A stretch of 64,000 nt of DNA from Stegostoma tigrinum. Lineage: Eukaryota. Where the stretch lies: NCBI RefSeq assembly GCF_030684315.1, contig NC_081369.1, forward strand, positions 9,710,035 to 9,774,034, read 5' to 3'. Positions 50,138 through 63,600 of the stretch are shown here, piece after piece. The notes beneath the pieces are model-generated. The model did not search any database. It saw nothing but the letters and a program-made list of their open reading frames with translations, and was not told the DNA's origin. A program made the translations under genes and the position numbers. The number at the start of each line of letters is the position of its first letter. Position 1 is the first letter of the stretch.

Positions 50138-51200
50138 TATAGAACATAGAACATAACAACACAGTACAGGCCCTTCGACCCTCGATGTTGTGCCGACCTG
50201 TCATACTGATCTCAAGCCCATCTAACCTACACTATTCCACGTACGTCCATATGCTCGTCCAGGGACGACTTAAATGTACCTAAAGTTGGCAAATCTACTA
50301 CCGTTGCAGGCAAAGCGTTCCATTCCCCTACTACTCTCTGAGTAAAGAAACTACCTCTGACATCTGTCCTATATCTTTCACCCCTCAATTTAAAGCTATG
50401 CCCCCTCGTGCTCGCCGTCACCATTCTAGGAAAAAGGCTCTCCCTATCCACCCTATCCAACCCTCTAATTATTTTATATGTTTCAATTAAGTCACCTCTC
50501 AACCACTTTCTTTCTAACGAAAACAGCCTCAAGTCCCTCAGCCTTTCTTCATAAGACCTTCCCTCCATACCAGGCAACATTCTAGTAAATCTCCTCTGCA
50601 CCTTTTCCAAAGCTTCCACATCCTTCTTGTAATGCGGTGACCAGAACTGTACACAATACTCCAAGTGCGGCCGCACCAGAGTTTTGTACAGCTTCACCAT
50701 AACCTCTTGGTTCCGAAACTCGATCCCTCTATTAATAAAAGTTAAAACAATGTATGCCTTCTTAACAGCCCTGTCAACCTGGGTGGCAACTTTCAAGGAT
50801 CAGTGTACATGGACACCAAGATCTCTCTGCTCATCTACACTACCAAGAATCTTACCATTAGCCCTGTACTTTGCCTTCTGGTTACTCCTACCAAAGTGCA
50901 TCACCTCACACTTGTCTGCATTAAACTCCATTTGCCACCTCTCAGCCCAGCTAAGCAGCTATTCTATGTCTCTCTGCAACCTGCAGCATCCTTCGTCACT
51001 ATCCACAACTCCACCGACCTTAGTGTCGTCTGCAAATTTACTAACCCATACTTCTACGCCCTCATCCAGGTCATTTATAAAAATGACAAACAGCAGTGGA
51101 CCCAACACTGACCCTTGCGGTACACCACTAGTAACTGGTCTCCAGGATGAACATTTCCCATCAACTACCACCCTCTGTCTTCTTTCAGCAAGCCAATTTC
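50138..51200 (-). mobile_element. Young CR1 LINE 3' fragment
   Basis: ORFs 50227-50796 and 50959-51171 ([14 protein letters not shown]...KFADDTK); (TTCTATG)n tail. Confidence 0.95.
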
Positions 51201-51409
51201 CGATGCTATAATCTGTTCACCTTGGCAGAGGGGTCAACGTGCAGACCTCTGGAAATAAATTGGGCAAAAAAGGATATTGGGAATCTGAGATTCACTATCT
51301 TAAAGATGTTTGTAACAGCAAATTACACACTGGGCAAGTATTTGCATGCCTGTCGGACAAATTACGAACTGCAAGGCGAGGAAGCATATGCAGGAAGGAG
51401 TGATGAGGC

Positions 51410-54400
51410 TGAGTAGCTTCTTGTTGATTTGCACAGTTGTGATAGTTCAAATATTCCCCTTGTGTCTCACAAATTTTCTCTGAGGCTATGTATATTATTT
51501 TTAGATTCTGGTGCATGTATCATTAGTACGTTATTTATACAGCTATCTTGTACCAACTATAATTTGTTATAATCAATTAGATTTCAAATACATAACTTTG
51601 TCCAATACTGTTATAATACTTGAACAAAAAATGTTAAAAATATAATCAACTTCATTTCAAAAATGTGTCAGTGATGAAATACGGTACAAGAATTCATAAA
51701 TAAAAACAAAGTGCTGGAGAAACTCTGCAGATTTGGCAGCGATCGGTGGGGAGAAACAGACATAACAGTTCAGTGCTATTCTTCTCCAAAAGAATGGTCA
51801 TTAAGGACTCAGCATTAGCACTGTTTCTCTCTACCCAGATGCAGCTGGACCTGCTGACTTTCGCCAGCAGTTTGTTTTTATTCAAGTTTTCCAGTATCCA
51901 CAATAACTTGCTTTTATTTATAAGAATTCAGAACCAGTTTTTTGGTTGCAGTAAGTAGCCCCACAGAGTCTTTCAGTATTCCTTATTTTGGGATGTTGAC
52001 CCAAGAATAAAGAGCAATGAGCAATTAATTGATCAATAATCTATGCAAAAAAGTCGCTTTTATCTGTGAAACATACGTCATAAAAGGCTACTTTCAATGC
52101 AACTTCTTAACACATTACTATTTTTTTCTATCTCTTTCCACAGAAAGTTATAATGATTACTCTCTTACCTGAGTGGTGGACTTTTCCTCTCTGAACCTGT
52201 GGTTTCAAGAGTGGCAGCAAAGCAGATCTCAATAGCTATGCACATTCTCAAATTGGGTCAGTCTACTGTGATTAGCAACAGAATCCTATGTTTTTTTTTA
52301 TTCTGAAGCCTGGATGTTCCATGATAGATTTGTCAGGTTGATAGCTTATGGAGATCGAACCACTGATTGAATCTGGAAGTTTACTCTTCTGCTTAAGTCC
52401 TACCTCACTGTCTGATTTCCAACCTAGTTAGATACATTGCTTCATGGAAAGACATAGGGCAGATTTTTTTGAATGGTGGGAACTTTCTTGACCTGCCCCC
52501 TGAAGTATCTGCAGGGCATTCCCTTTGCTGAAATTGGCTGCCTGTAGACATGTGATGCTCGAAAGAACATTAATTAGAAACTTCCACACCTCACTTGAGA
52601 GGAGCTCCATGACTAGCAACACTGTGGCCCGAGTAACACAATTAGAAGTAGAGGCCAGGACTGGGGCTGAAAGCATGACCAGATAAATGAGGGTAGTGTC
52701 ATGACGAAGAACTCATTAAATTAAGTAAAGCCCTTCTTGACCACAGACATTGGACTGGGGTTTTCTGGTAACTGTTAGAGCACAGGGTTTCTATTGTGTC
52801 TGTACTTGGGAAAAAAACAAAGGTAAGAGGAGAATTGCAGAGTCCAACAGACTGCCATAGAAATAGAATAGAAGAGGGCTTTCTCGAATGATGTGGGATC
52901 AAGGACACTTCTTGAAAATAAAGGACAGTTGGTCACCCTGATATACATAAGAGTAGGGAGAGATGGATGCAGACATTGATAGACTAGCCTGGGGATTTGG
53001 AAGAAACAGTCATGTTGGACATAACTTGATTGGGAAGTGAATACCTGCTGTGGAAAGCAGGCCATTGAGAGAGGTACAAGCCATGTCCCACCTGAGAACT
53101 GAACAGAATGTGTGCATCCCCATTCCCTTAAACACCACCTGCCAGCCTCAAAATTGAAGTTGCAGAAAAACAATCCTAAATGGTCATAAATTGACAACTT
53201 AAGAGTTTCAATTGTTGAAAGAGAAGTGGGGCCAGGATACGCTTCACCCATCTCTGATATTCCTGACACAGTGGGTTGGATAAGGGGCTGTGACAGGCTA
53301 TTCTTGAAATTCTATGTGCAAATCAGCCTGCAAACCATTGAGGGAGATCTGCAACCCTGCCCTTTAGATACTCATTCAAATGCCTTCTTGAAAGCTCTCA
53401 GATGTTACTTTCATAGGTTCCAAATTCTAACATTAATGATGCCAGTGTTAGTGTAAACACACTTTGTCCATGTGAATTTGAGTCATCTGATATGATTTGC
53501 AGATAGGGTGTAAATGGGTGAGCTTCCTGCCTATGGTTATTTGAGATTTCTTAAACTTGCAAAATAAGTTCCTTTGTTGATCAGGGAATACCAACTCTAA
53601 TTTTGAGACAGCATTGAGTGAGCATGGTTGGCCAAGTTCCAACAATGTTAATGGCATCCATTAAAGAGCCTTGAAACATCTGTTGGGTGTCACTGAATAT
53701 TTGGAGAAACAAACTCTAAATCTTTCAGGTGCCCAGGAAGAGTGAATTTGCACTTCTGTGCCCAAAATAGCTAACATTTTGTTGGCAATGCACTACCATT
53801 GACTGCAACACTGACCATACTCCTTCCATCACTTTTACCGCATCTTCCCGTGCTGCAATTGTTCGACACAGGAGCCAATGGATTGACAATTCTTGTGTAA
53901 CTGGTAAGCCGTATCATTAGTATCCCTCCACTTGCACCTAAATGAGGTTTAGGCCTAAAGATCCTTGTCACTGTTTTGAGTGGAAGTTGATGATTGACCT
54001 TATTAAACTTCTGGTGACTTCTTCTCTCACAGGTACACTTCAACAGTCTGTCAACTGTTGATGTTATTTCTATTTTGTGTTTATTCTTTTTAATCCTATC
54101 CCATCATAGATTGGGTAAATGTTAATTAATATCAATCTCAGGTACCCAAAAATACTCTGAAGTTTTTGAACAGCATAATTGGACCTAAGTTGTGCATTCA
54201 AATGTTGGCTGAAGTTGTTCTTTTCAGAACCAATAGATCAAACCACCTGGTACCAGTTTGCAGAAGAGATCTGCCTAATCCTGTGACATGACACTCAAAG
54301 CCATGAGCATAGTTATTAACAGGGCACATACAAGGTGTTTGGCTATAATGGGTGTTCCAGCAATGCGAATTGGCTATAATACAATTGAAAAATGGGAATA

Positions 54401-56878
54401 GTGTTGCTAAAATGCGAACATTGTGCTGGCTATAATGCAAATCCATTGAATACTTATTATTTAATGCACCCATTTAAGAGACTGATTGCAACCACTGAGG
54501 AAGGTCAGGACAGTGTTGTTCACACACAAAGAACAAAGAGCGAAGAAAATTACAGCACAGGAACAGGCCCTTCGGCCCTCCAAGTCTGCGCCAATACAGA
54601 TCCTCTATCTAAACCTATTGTCTATTTTCCAAATATCCCTCTGCTCCCTGCCCATTCATGTATCTGTCATCTTAAATGACTATCTTGCCTGCCTCTACCA
54701 CCTCCGCTGGCAACACATTCCAGGCACCCACCACCCTCTGCATTAAGAACTTTCCACGCATATCTCCCTTAAACTTTTCCCTTCTCACCTTGAAATCATG
54801 ACCCCTGGTAATTCAGCTCTCCACTCTGGGAAAAAGCTTCTTGCTGTACACCGTGTCTATACTTCTTTTGACTTTTTAGACCTCAGTCAGGTACACCCCA
54901 ACCTCCGTCTTTCTAATGTAAATGATCCTAATCTACACAACCTCTCTTCCTAACTAGGGCAACGCCTTGGTGAACCTCCTCTGCACTGTCTCCAAAGCAT
55001 TCACATCCTTTTGGTAATGTGGCCACCAGAACTGTATGCAGTATTCCAGATGTGGTCGAACCAAAGTCCCATGCAACTGTAACATGACCTGCCAACTCTT
55101 GTACTCAATACCCCGTCTGATGAATGAAGGCATGCTGTATGCCTTCTTGACCACTCGATCAACCTGCATTGCCACCTTCAGGGTACAATGGACCTGAACA
55201 CCCAGATCTCTCTGTGCATCAATTTTCCCCAGGGCTTTTCCATTTACTGTATAAAAGTTTGCTCTTGAATTGGACCTTACAAAATGATTCATCTCACATT
55301 TGCCTGGATTGAACTCCATCTGCCATTTCTCCGCCCAACTCTCTAATCTATCTATATTCTGCTGCATTCTTCAACAGTCCCTTTCACTATCTGCTACTCT
55401 ACCGATCTTAGTGTCATCTGAAAACTTGCTAATCAGGCCATCTATACCTTCCTCCAGATCATTTATGTATATCATAAACAACAGTGGTCCCAACATGGAT
55501 CCCTGTGGAACACCACTGATCATAGTTCTCCACTGTGAGAAACTTCCTTCCAATATGACTCTGTCTCCTGTTGCCCTGCCAGTTATCTATCCATCTAGCT
55601 AGTACACAGTGGACACCAAGCAACTTCACTTGCTCCATCAGCCTACTATGGGGAACCTTATCAAATACCTTACTGAAGTCCATGTATACGACATCTACGG
55701 CCCTTCCCTCATCTACCAACTTTGTCACTTCTTCAAAGAATTCTATCAAGTTGGTAAGACGTGACCTTCCCTACACAAAACCATGCTGCCTATCATTAAT
55801 AAGCACATTTCCTTCTAAATGTAAATGGATCTTATCACTCAGTATCTTCTCCAGCAGCTTCCCCAACACTGACGTCAGGCTTACCAGTCTATAAATGCCT
55901 GGATTATCTTTGCTATCCTTCTTAAACAAGGGGACAACATTAGCCATTCTCCAGTCCTCCAGGACCTCACCCATGCTCAAGGATGCTGCAAAGATATCTG
56001 TCAAGGCCCCAGCTATTTCCTCTCTTGCTTCCCTTAGTAACCTGGGATAGATCTCGTCCGGACCTGGGGACTTGTTCACTCCAGTGCCTTTTAGAATACC
56101 CAACACTTTCCCCACCCCCACCATGCCAATTTGGCCTAGAGTAATCAAACATCTAGCCCTAACCTCAACATCCGTCGTACCCCTCTCCTCAGTGAATACT
56201 GCAGCAAAGTACTCATTAAGAATCTCATTCATTTTCTCTGACTCCTCGCACAATTTCCTCTTTTGTCCTTGAATGGGCCAATCCTTTTTCTAGTTACCTT
56301 CTTGCTCCGTATGTACAAATAAAAGGTTTTGGGTTTTTCCTTAACCCTGTTTGCTAAAGATATTTCATGAACCCTTTTGGCCCTCTTAATTTCTTGTTTC
56401 GGATTGGTACTATTTTCCTGATATTCTTCCAAATCTTCGTCTGTTTTCAGTCACCTAGACCTTATGTCTGCTTCCTTTTTCCTCTTTGCTAGTCTCACAA
56501 TTTCACCAGTCATCCATGGTTCCTTAATCTTGCTCGTTCTATCCCTCATTTTCACAGAGACTCATCTGTCCTGCACTCTAATCGACCTCTCTTTAAAAGC
56601 ACCCCACATATCAAATATGGATTTACCCTCAAACAAAATCGATTATGTTTTTATTATTTTGTTCAATTACAATAACAGTATTGGACAAAGTTATGTATTT
56701 GAAATCTAATTGATTATAACAAATTATATTTAGTACAAGATAGCAGTGTAAGTAATGTACTAATGATACATGCACCAGAATATAAAAATAATATGCATAG
56801 CATCAGAGAAAGTTTGTGATACAGAAAGAGAAAAAAAACTTAATCCATCTTGACTGTGCCAAGTTAATATGCCTCAGA
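51410..56878. repeat. Pair of ~240-bp inverted repeats (51410-51647 and 56641-56878)
   Basis: For example attagatttcaaatacataactttgtccaatactgtta is the reverse complement of taacagtattggacaaagttatgtatttgaaatctaat. Confidence 0.85.
54525..56630 (-). mobile_element. CR1 LINE fragment
   Basis: KSPGPDEIYPRLL, ANVVPLFKK, DFSKVFDKVPH, GVPQGSMLGPLLF, KFSDDTK. Confidence 0.95.
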
Positions 56879-57149
56879 GATGGTAGGAACTGCAGATGCT
56901 GGAGAATCTGAGATAACAAGATGTAGAGCTGGATGAACACAGCAGGCCAAGCAGCATCATAGGAGCAGGAAAGCTGACGTGTCGGGCCTAGACCCTTCTT
57001 CAGAAGTGCCATAAAAAAACTCCAGTGGTCCTGGTTTGATTACTTTTTAAGGCTGAGATTACAAAAGTTGCTGAACAAGAACTCAAGGAAAATAAATCAT
57101 CTTCAATCAAGTTACCCTCACTCTTCAAAACTTCAGTGAAAACAAGTGC

Positions 57150-58550
57150 TGCCTGTCGAATGTAACTGTACAAGACAATGTGGCCATTCAAGATATCAAG
57201 CTAGTATATCTCCATTGAACTATGTCCAATACATTTATATTTTCAACATTCTGACATCCTCAAATAAAGGGACCAAAACTACACATGATGTTAAAATGTG
57301 GTCTCAGCAATACCCTGAGTAACTGAAGCATAACATTCTTATTTAATGTTAAGTTTTTCAGGATAGCATTCTGTTAGTCTTAATTACTTGCTGTACCTGC
57401 AAACTGACTTTATGACTCATATTAGGGCATCTAAATCCATCCCCATGTCAGAATTCTCCAGTCATTCTCCATTTAAATAGAACATCGCATTTTTTACAAA
57501 AGAATTCTACCTGCCAACTTCACATTTTTGCACATTCTCCTCCATCTGTCAGATTCTTGCCCACTCACTCGAAGTATGAATTTCTGATTGCATGTTCCTT
57601 ATATCCTCTTTACAACATGGTTTTATGAATATCTTTATGTCACATGCAAACATAACTATTAGATTTTCACTTCCCTCATCTAAGTCATTGAAATGAACTG
57701 TAAAAAGATCAAGTGCCAGCATAAACTAATACAGAACCCCACTCCAGCCAATCAGAAAAAGATGCATGAAAGCATTCTCTATTTTTTTGTCTGCCAGCTC
57801 CTCATCTTCTATCCGCATTAGCCATCGATGTAATCACTATAAAATTCATTCTTACTTCACCCAAGAATTTTTTTGTGGCACATGGCCAACCTCCTTCTGG
57901 AAATCCAAGTACATCAATGGGTAGTTTTTTTAATCCACAGTCATATTACTGCTTTAAAGAACTCCAATAAATTAATTCACAAAGCCAACGTCATTTTCAT
58001 GTATTATCCTGTGTTTTCCTAATTTCCCAGCTATAATCTCCTTGATGATGTACTGTAACATCATCTTCCATGATGGATGTCAAGCTAACTGGCCAGTAGT
58101 TCCAGCTTTCTCTGCCTTTCTCCCTTCTTGAGTACAGGCATTTTGTTTGTTACTTTCTAGTCCAATGAATTTTCCAGAATCTTGAGAATTCTAAAAAACT
58201 ATCACAAACACACCAACTTCCTCATTAACCTCCACTTTTAAGACCCCAGGATGAAATCCAAGCCTTATCAACCTACAGCTCTAACAGTTTTCTCATCACT
58301 GACTCCTTTGTAATTGTAACTTCATGAAGTTCCCGTCTTCTCTTCACCTTCTGATTAACAGCTATTACTGCAACACTTTCTTTATCCTCTAAAGTGAATT
58401 TAGAAGCAAAATAATTGTTAATTTTGATCAATATTTCCTTAATATCAACTGTTAACTCCTAATTCTCAATTACTAGAGGACCAACATATGCTTCACTGAC
58501 TTTGTTTTCCTTTATCAAAACCTGTAGAAGCTCTTACTTGTATTCTCTTC
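57150..58550 (-). mobile_element. Old, decayed CR1 LINE
   Basis: Scattered nucleotide similarity to the CR1 RT; no open frame. Confidence 0.55.
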
Positions 58551-59181
58551 CGTCTGGGTAAATATAAATTGAGGTAGGGAATTGGCAGGCCAGCTTGCCT
58601 ATCACCTATTTCAAATTATCAAACAATTCCCAAATCATCGAAAGCAGTGGCGAATATGTGCTTGAATTCCACAGAAGGAGTAATGAATAAAGAATGAAAT
58701 TTTATTTACAGGCTATCAATGGTGGATTTGCACTCTGTATCCTGGATATGAATGAGGCAATTTATTCTATAACCTTTTGAAGAATGGACACTGAAGATAT
58801 ACAGAATGAGTATGGCTGGGGAACAAGCATTAAATTAGATTTCTGTTTGTTGTACTTTCCTAAATATGGGGTTCCTTCAAAAAAAAGAACAAACTCACAA
58901 TGATTACAGAAAACTGTGGACATCCAGTGAAGATGTTGGCCTAATTACCAAAATTGATCAGAGATAAGGGTATTATCAATTTGGAGATATTAGCTTAGAG
59001 AAGAAAATTAATGTTTAGTGAGTTAACAAATAGTTAAAAACAGAAACTTTCTGACTTTGCAACTCCCTTGGATTATCTCATAACCTCATTTATACACATA
59101 TGCTGCCCATAACAATATTGGTGCTCTCCAAAGAGAACCTATGGTCATTATAAAATACATTTCAGATTGCTTCTTTAACCA

Positions 59182-59384
59182 TCAAGGACACTCAAGGCCC
59201 CTCTCCTTCTTACGGTGTTTCTTGTGTTTTGATGCAGTTCCATTAACATTTCGTCCAGCTCTTGGGTTCACAGCTGGCGTTGAATGATTGTCTTTTCTTA
59301 ATCCTTGTTCTTTGCATATGGAATTCATTGGTATTGGCTCATAGCATCGAACACATTGTCTCGTTTGAGAATTGCCTTTAGGAC
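59182..59384 (-). CDS. Candidate coding exon of an unidentified gene
   Basis: Strong acceptor gttgtttttcttacag, then open frame GPKGNSQTRQCVRCYEPIPMNSICKEQGLRKDNHSTPAVNPRAGRNVNGTASKHKKHRKKERGLECP*. Alternative phase-1 donor C|gtaaga at 59214. No recognisable domain. Confidence 0.35.
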
Positions 59385-59819
59385 CTGTAAGAAAAACAAC
59401 ATGAAATGTAAGGAACAGTATATCTGGAACACATTAGTCACGCTGACAACTTTATTACCTGGAATGGAACTGGACAGAGTCAGTCAAGTTACAGTGTTTG
59501 TTTTGTCAAATTAGTGACTAGACACATTTTATAAAAATAAATCACATTTATATAGTAACTTTCACATCACCCCAAAATACTCCACGTCCTATGAAATACT
59601 TTTGCAAGTGCAGTCACCATTTTATGAATACACACAGCCAAATTGCCAACAGAGTTGCCTTTTCAGCCAGTAATAACACGGTGATCAATTAGTCTCCTGC
59701 AAGATTATTTCAATTTGATACTCAGCATTCATTCGATTTCATGACAAAGATTAATTCCCATAATTATGAGTTCATGACAAATTGTTTCTTCACACGTTGT
59801 AGGCACAGTTAACTAGAAA

Positions 59820-60000
59820 GATTCTGGGTGTATAATCAATACTGAAATGTCATTGTAAGCAAGTGTTGCAATGTATCGTGTGCCATCATTGGGTGACATG
59901 TTAAAAAAAAGCTTCATCTGCTCCGTAAGATGCACACAAAAGATCCCAAAACACAATTTCAAGAAGAGCAGAGATGGTCTTATATGGAATATTATCAAAC
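59820..60000 (+). mobile_element. Deu-domain SINE relic
   Basis: aaaagatccc...tttcaagaagagcag resembles the DeuSINE core. Confidence 0.45.
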
Positions 60001-60456
60001 AGAAAATCTAGCCAATGTGAAGCTTCAAACGAAAGCAAAACACTGTTTAGATTTTAGATTTGCCAGCATCCATAAAAAGGCCCAAAGAAACTCAAAAGGT
60101 CTGGCATCTGTGGAGACAGAAACAGAGTTAATGTTTTAGCTCTAATATGATTCTCCTTCAGAACTTCAAAAGAATCATATGGGAATGAAAACATTTAACT
60201 GTTTTTCTCTCTAGGGAAGCTGTCAGACTTGCTGAGTTTCTACAACACTTTGTTTTTATGTACACATTATGAATGCATGCATTAACCTACAAACCAAATA
60301 TCAATTTGTTTAATTTACAAAATAGAGGACCATTACCATTTTAATAGATGTAACATTTTAACAGATGAATAAATGGCAACAACAGTCATATTACACATAT
60401 GGCAAGCAATAACCATCTCCAGTAATGTGGTGGTGCCGGTGTTGGGGTGGACAAGT

Positions 60457-60631
60457 TCAGTAATCACATGATGCCAGATTATAGTCCAACAGGTTTATGT
60501 GAAATCACAAGCTTTCAAAGCACTGCTTCTTTAGCAGGTATCGTCTTCACCTGATGAAGCAACAGTGCTCTGAAAGCTTTTGATTTCAAGTAAACCTGTT
60601 GGACTGTAGCCCGATGTCGTGTGATTTCTGA
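60457..60631. repeat. Second copy of the ~170-bp palindromic element
   Basis: ttatagtccaacaggtt...aacctgttggactgtag arms; ctgatgaagcaacagtgctctgaaagc core. Confidence 0.7.
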
Positions 60632-63600
60632 CCATCTCTAATCAGAGAGCACCTAACCATCTCCCTTTGAAATACAAAGGCATTAGCATTAATGTCCCAA
60701 AACCAACAACCTACAAATTAATGTTGCCAAGAAACTGAACTGTACCAGCCATGTAAATACTATAGCTATCAATGGAGATCAGAGGCTTGGAAGTCTGCAG
60801 CAAGCAACTCATCTCCTGACCCTCCAAACCCTGTCCACTGTTTGCATGTCCCAATTCAGGTATGCGACAGAATATTTTCCACTTGTCTGAATGTGTGTTA
60901 CAGCATTTTCACTCACGAAACGTGACACAATCCAGAACAAAAAAGCCTAGTTCAGTGGCCCATTCACCAAACTGAAGATTCGCTCCCCACAACATTGATA
61001 ACGTGTGCACAATAAACTGGAAGCAACAGTTGCAGCAATGTGTACCATATGAAAGAAACACTCAGCAACTCACAGCACCATCCAAATCTGCAACTTTTGT
61101 GATCTAAAATGACAAGGTCATATACCGTTGAGAACACCACCTGCAAGTTCCCCTCCATGCCGTCCTACCTTGGAATTATGTCATCGTCCCTTCACTATCA
61201 ATAATCAAGATCTTGGAACTCATTTCCAAAAAGCAGTGGTGTGCCTATATCAAATAGGCTGCAGCAGTTCAAAAATCTGGCATACTACCAGTTTATCATG
61301 AGCAAAAACGGACAGACTACAAATGTTGGTCGTATTAGTGGTGTCATGTTCCATGAAAGAATAAAAAGCTAACATCTATCTAAAAAGAACCAATTCTTTA
61401 AAAGCCTCCTTTTTGCTGCTCAAGAATCCTCAAAGCATGAAGATTTCTACAAAAACAAATCAAAGATATGCTGGCTAATATTCTTTAAGTTCTCCATACA
61501 ACTACTACTATCATATCATGGGACTAGTTTGTATTATGATGTCTGGCTTGGTTGTCCATTCAATCGTCTCTAGAAATGCCAGACAGTGAACAGACCATAG
61601 TGAGCAATTTGATGTAATATACATGGCCACAACAACACTTCACTCATAGTCTGACTGCCTTGTCAATACGCAACACAGATTTGGGAGATGAAGATCAGGG
61701 GCTTTTTGATGACCACCTACATTTGGCCTCCCTGTGTACACAGATTCATTGGGAGTTTACCAGCTAATATCATCACTCAAACCTTTGATTCCCTCAGAGA
61801 TTAAAAATCTGTATACCACAGCCTTGAATATAACTAATGATCAAGTATCAATAGCCCTCTGTGGTAGATGCAGGAGAGAAACTAAATGCAAAAGTTAAAA
61901 ATCAGACTACATTAATTACAAATATTAATTATAATTAACTTGAGACATTTTGAGCTATGAGCCAATGGTAACTGGAATATTAGATATTTTTGATTCTACA
62001 GATTTTGACTGAAAAATGAATTAACAGCTGAAATAAATCAGCTGTCATGTCAAACAAACTTATGGGATTTGACTTCCATTCTGCTCATTCAATGAATTTT
62101 TATTTCATAAACTGAAGGAATGCAAAACAAAACAATATTGTGACAGCAGAAATACCACATTATAAATTGGTGAAAGAAATTTACAGACTAAGACTCAATG
62201 CAGGATACAACTAAAGTTGGAGTCAGTAAAAGAGAAACAATCCAGTTTAAGGAAGTAGCAATTTGTCAACGTGAAAGTTGGCTTTCAATTTTTTCTAATT
62301 TTTAAGAGGAAGCAAAGACTATCAGTGGTAGTGAGTTCCACTGTTTCAGCTGTTAGAATGAACCAGTTAACAAATGGAGGAAATGGTCAGAGTATGTACT
62401 TCAACAAAATGACATTTATGGAACGGGTTTCAGTATGAATGTTGGCTTATTTGGAAATTAGGTTAAACAGATGAGAATTCAGTAGATAAATGACCATTGT
62501 AGTATCTTACAAAGGCAAACAAATCAGAAAACAGTGGATACAAGAGGGGGGGGAAATGCCCTAAGAGGTTAAACGGTATGCTGAGACTTAAAAAGGAGGC
62601 TATTTAAATATAGCAATAGTATTGAATCCAAGATAATATTTAAAACATGGAACTGTTGAAGATAACATAGATATTCAATCTGAAAATGGACATAACCTTC
62701 TTAAAAGTAACGTTTTGTGCTCAAGTCTTGCAGACTTAGTGAACAATGAAGATGAGTAATTCAGTGCATGAAGGCCTACAGATTGAACCAACAAGAGAAG
62801 AGATTTTGTTTAATTGCAAGTAACGTAAACAAAGTAGCTTTCTGAAAAATTGAGAACCAATTTATTTGTTGCACTGGAAGTTCAGTTATGAATTCACCTG
62901 TGTATAATTATTTAAGAAATGTTGAGTTAAACAGATGCAAAAGGTTAGTAATGGTGGGAGAGGAAAATTTATGTAAGAGAGATTGAAAGGAATAATTAAG
63001 GGTTGTGTCACAATAGATGACAAACATTCAGAAAGCTAAGAAGCAATTTCAAACACTTAGAAATCCTTGGCAAGACTTTGAAAAAAAGAATTAAGAAACA
63101 GTCTGAAAAATAAAGGGAAAGGGACATCAGGTGCAGCAAGCAAGCAAATGGCAGCGATGCTAACACCCACCCTTCATTGGAACATATGAAATAGGAGCAG
63201 GAATAGACTGTTTGGTTTCTCACGCCTGCTGGAGAATTCAATAAAATCACGAATAATCTGATGAGACTTTAATTCCACTTCTCAACTACAACTCACTGTC
63301 CCCCGACCCCAATGACTCAACTTGGCCATTAACATTTGACTGCCTCATAGATCAGAAGTCTGTCTAACTCAGTCTTAAATATATTCAATGATCTAACTGC
63401 CACAGCTCTCAAAATAAAGAATTCCAAAGTTTAGATTGCCTTCTGACAGAAAAACTGATCTTCTTCATCTCCACCTTAAATGAGAAACCCAATACTTTTA
63501 AACTGTGACCCTTGTTCTTGATTGTCCTAAGGGGTAACACATTTTCAAGATCTACTCTGTAAACCCACCCTCAGAATCTTATATGATTTAATAACATCAC

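Noticed and set aside
52428-54043. ORFs of 70-164 aa inside the inverted-repeat interval as a transposase or cargo gene
   Set aside because: No DDE, helix-turn-helix or other recognisable motif.
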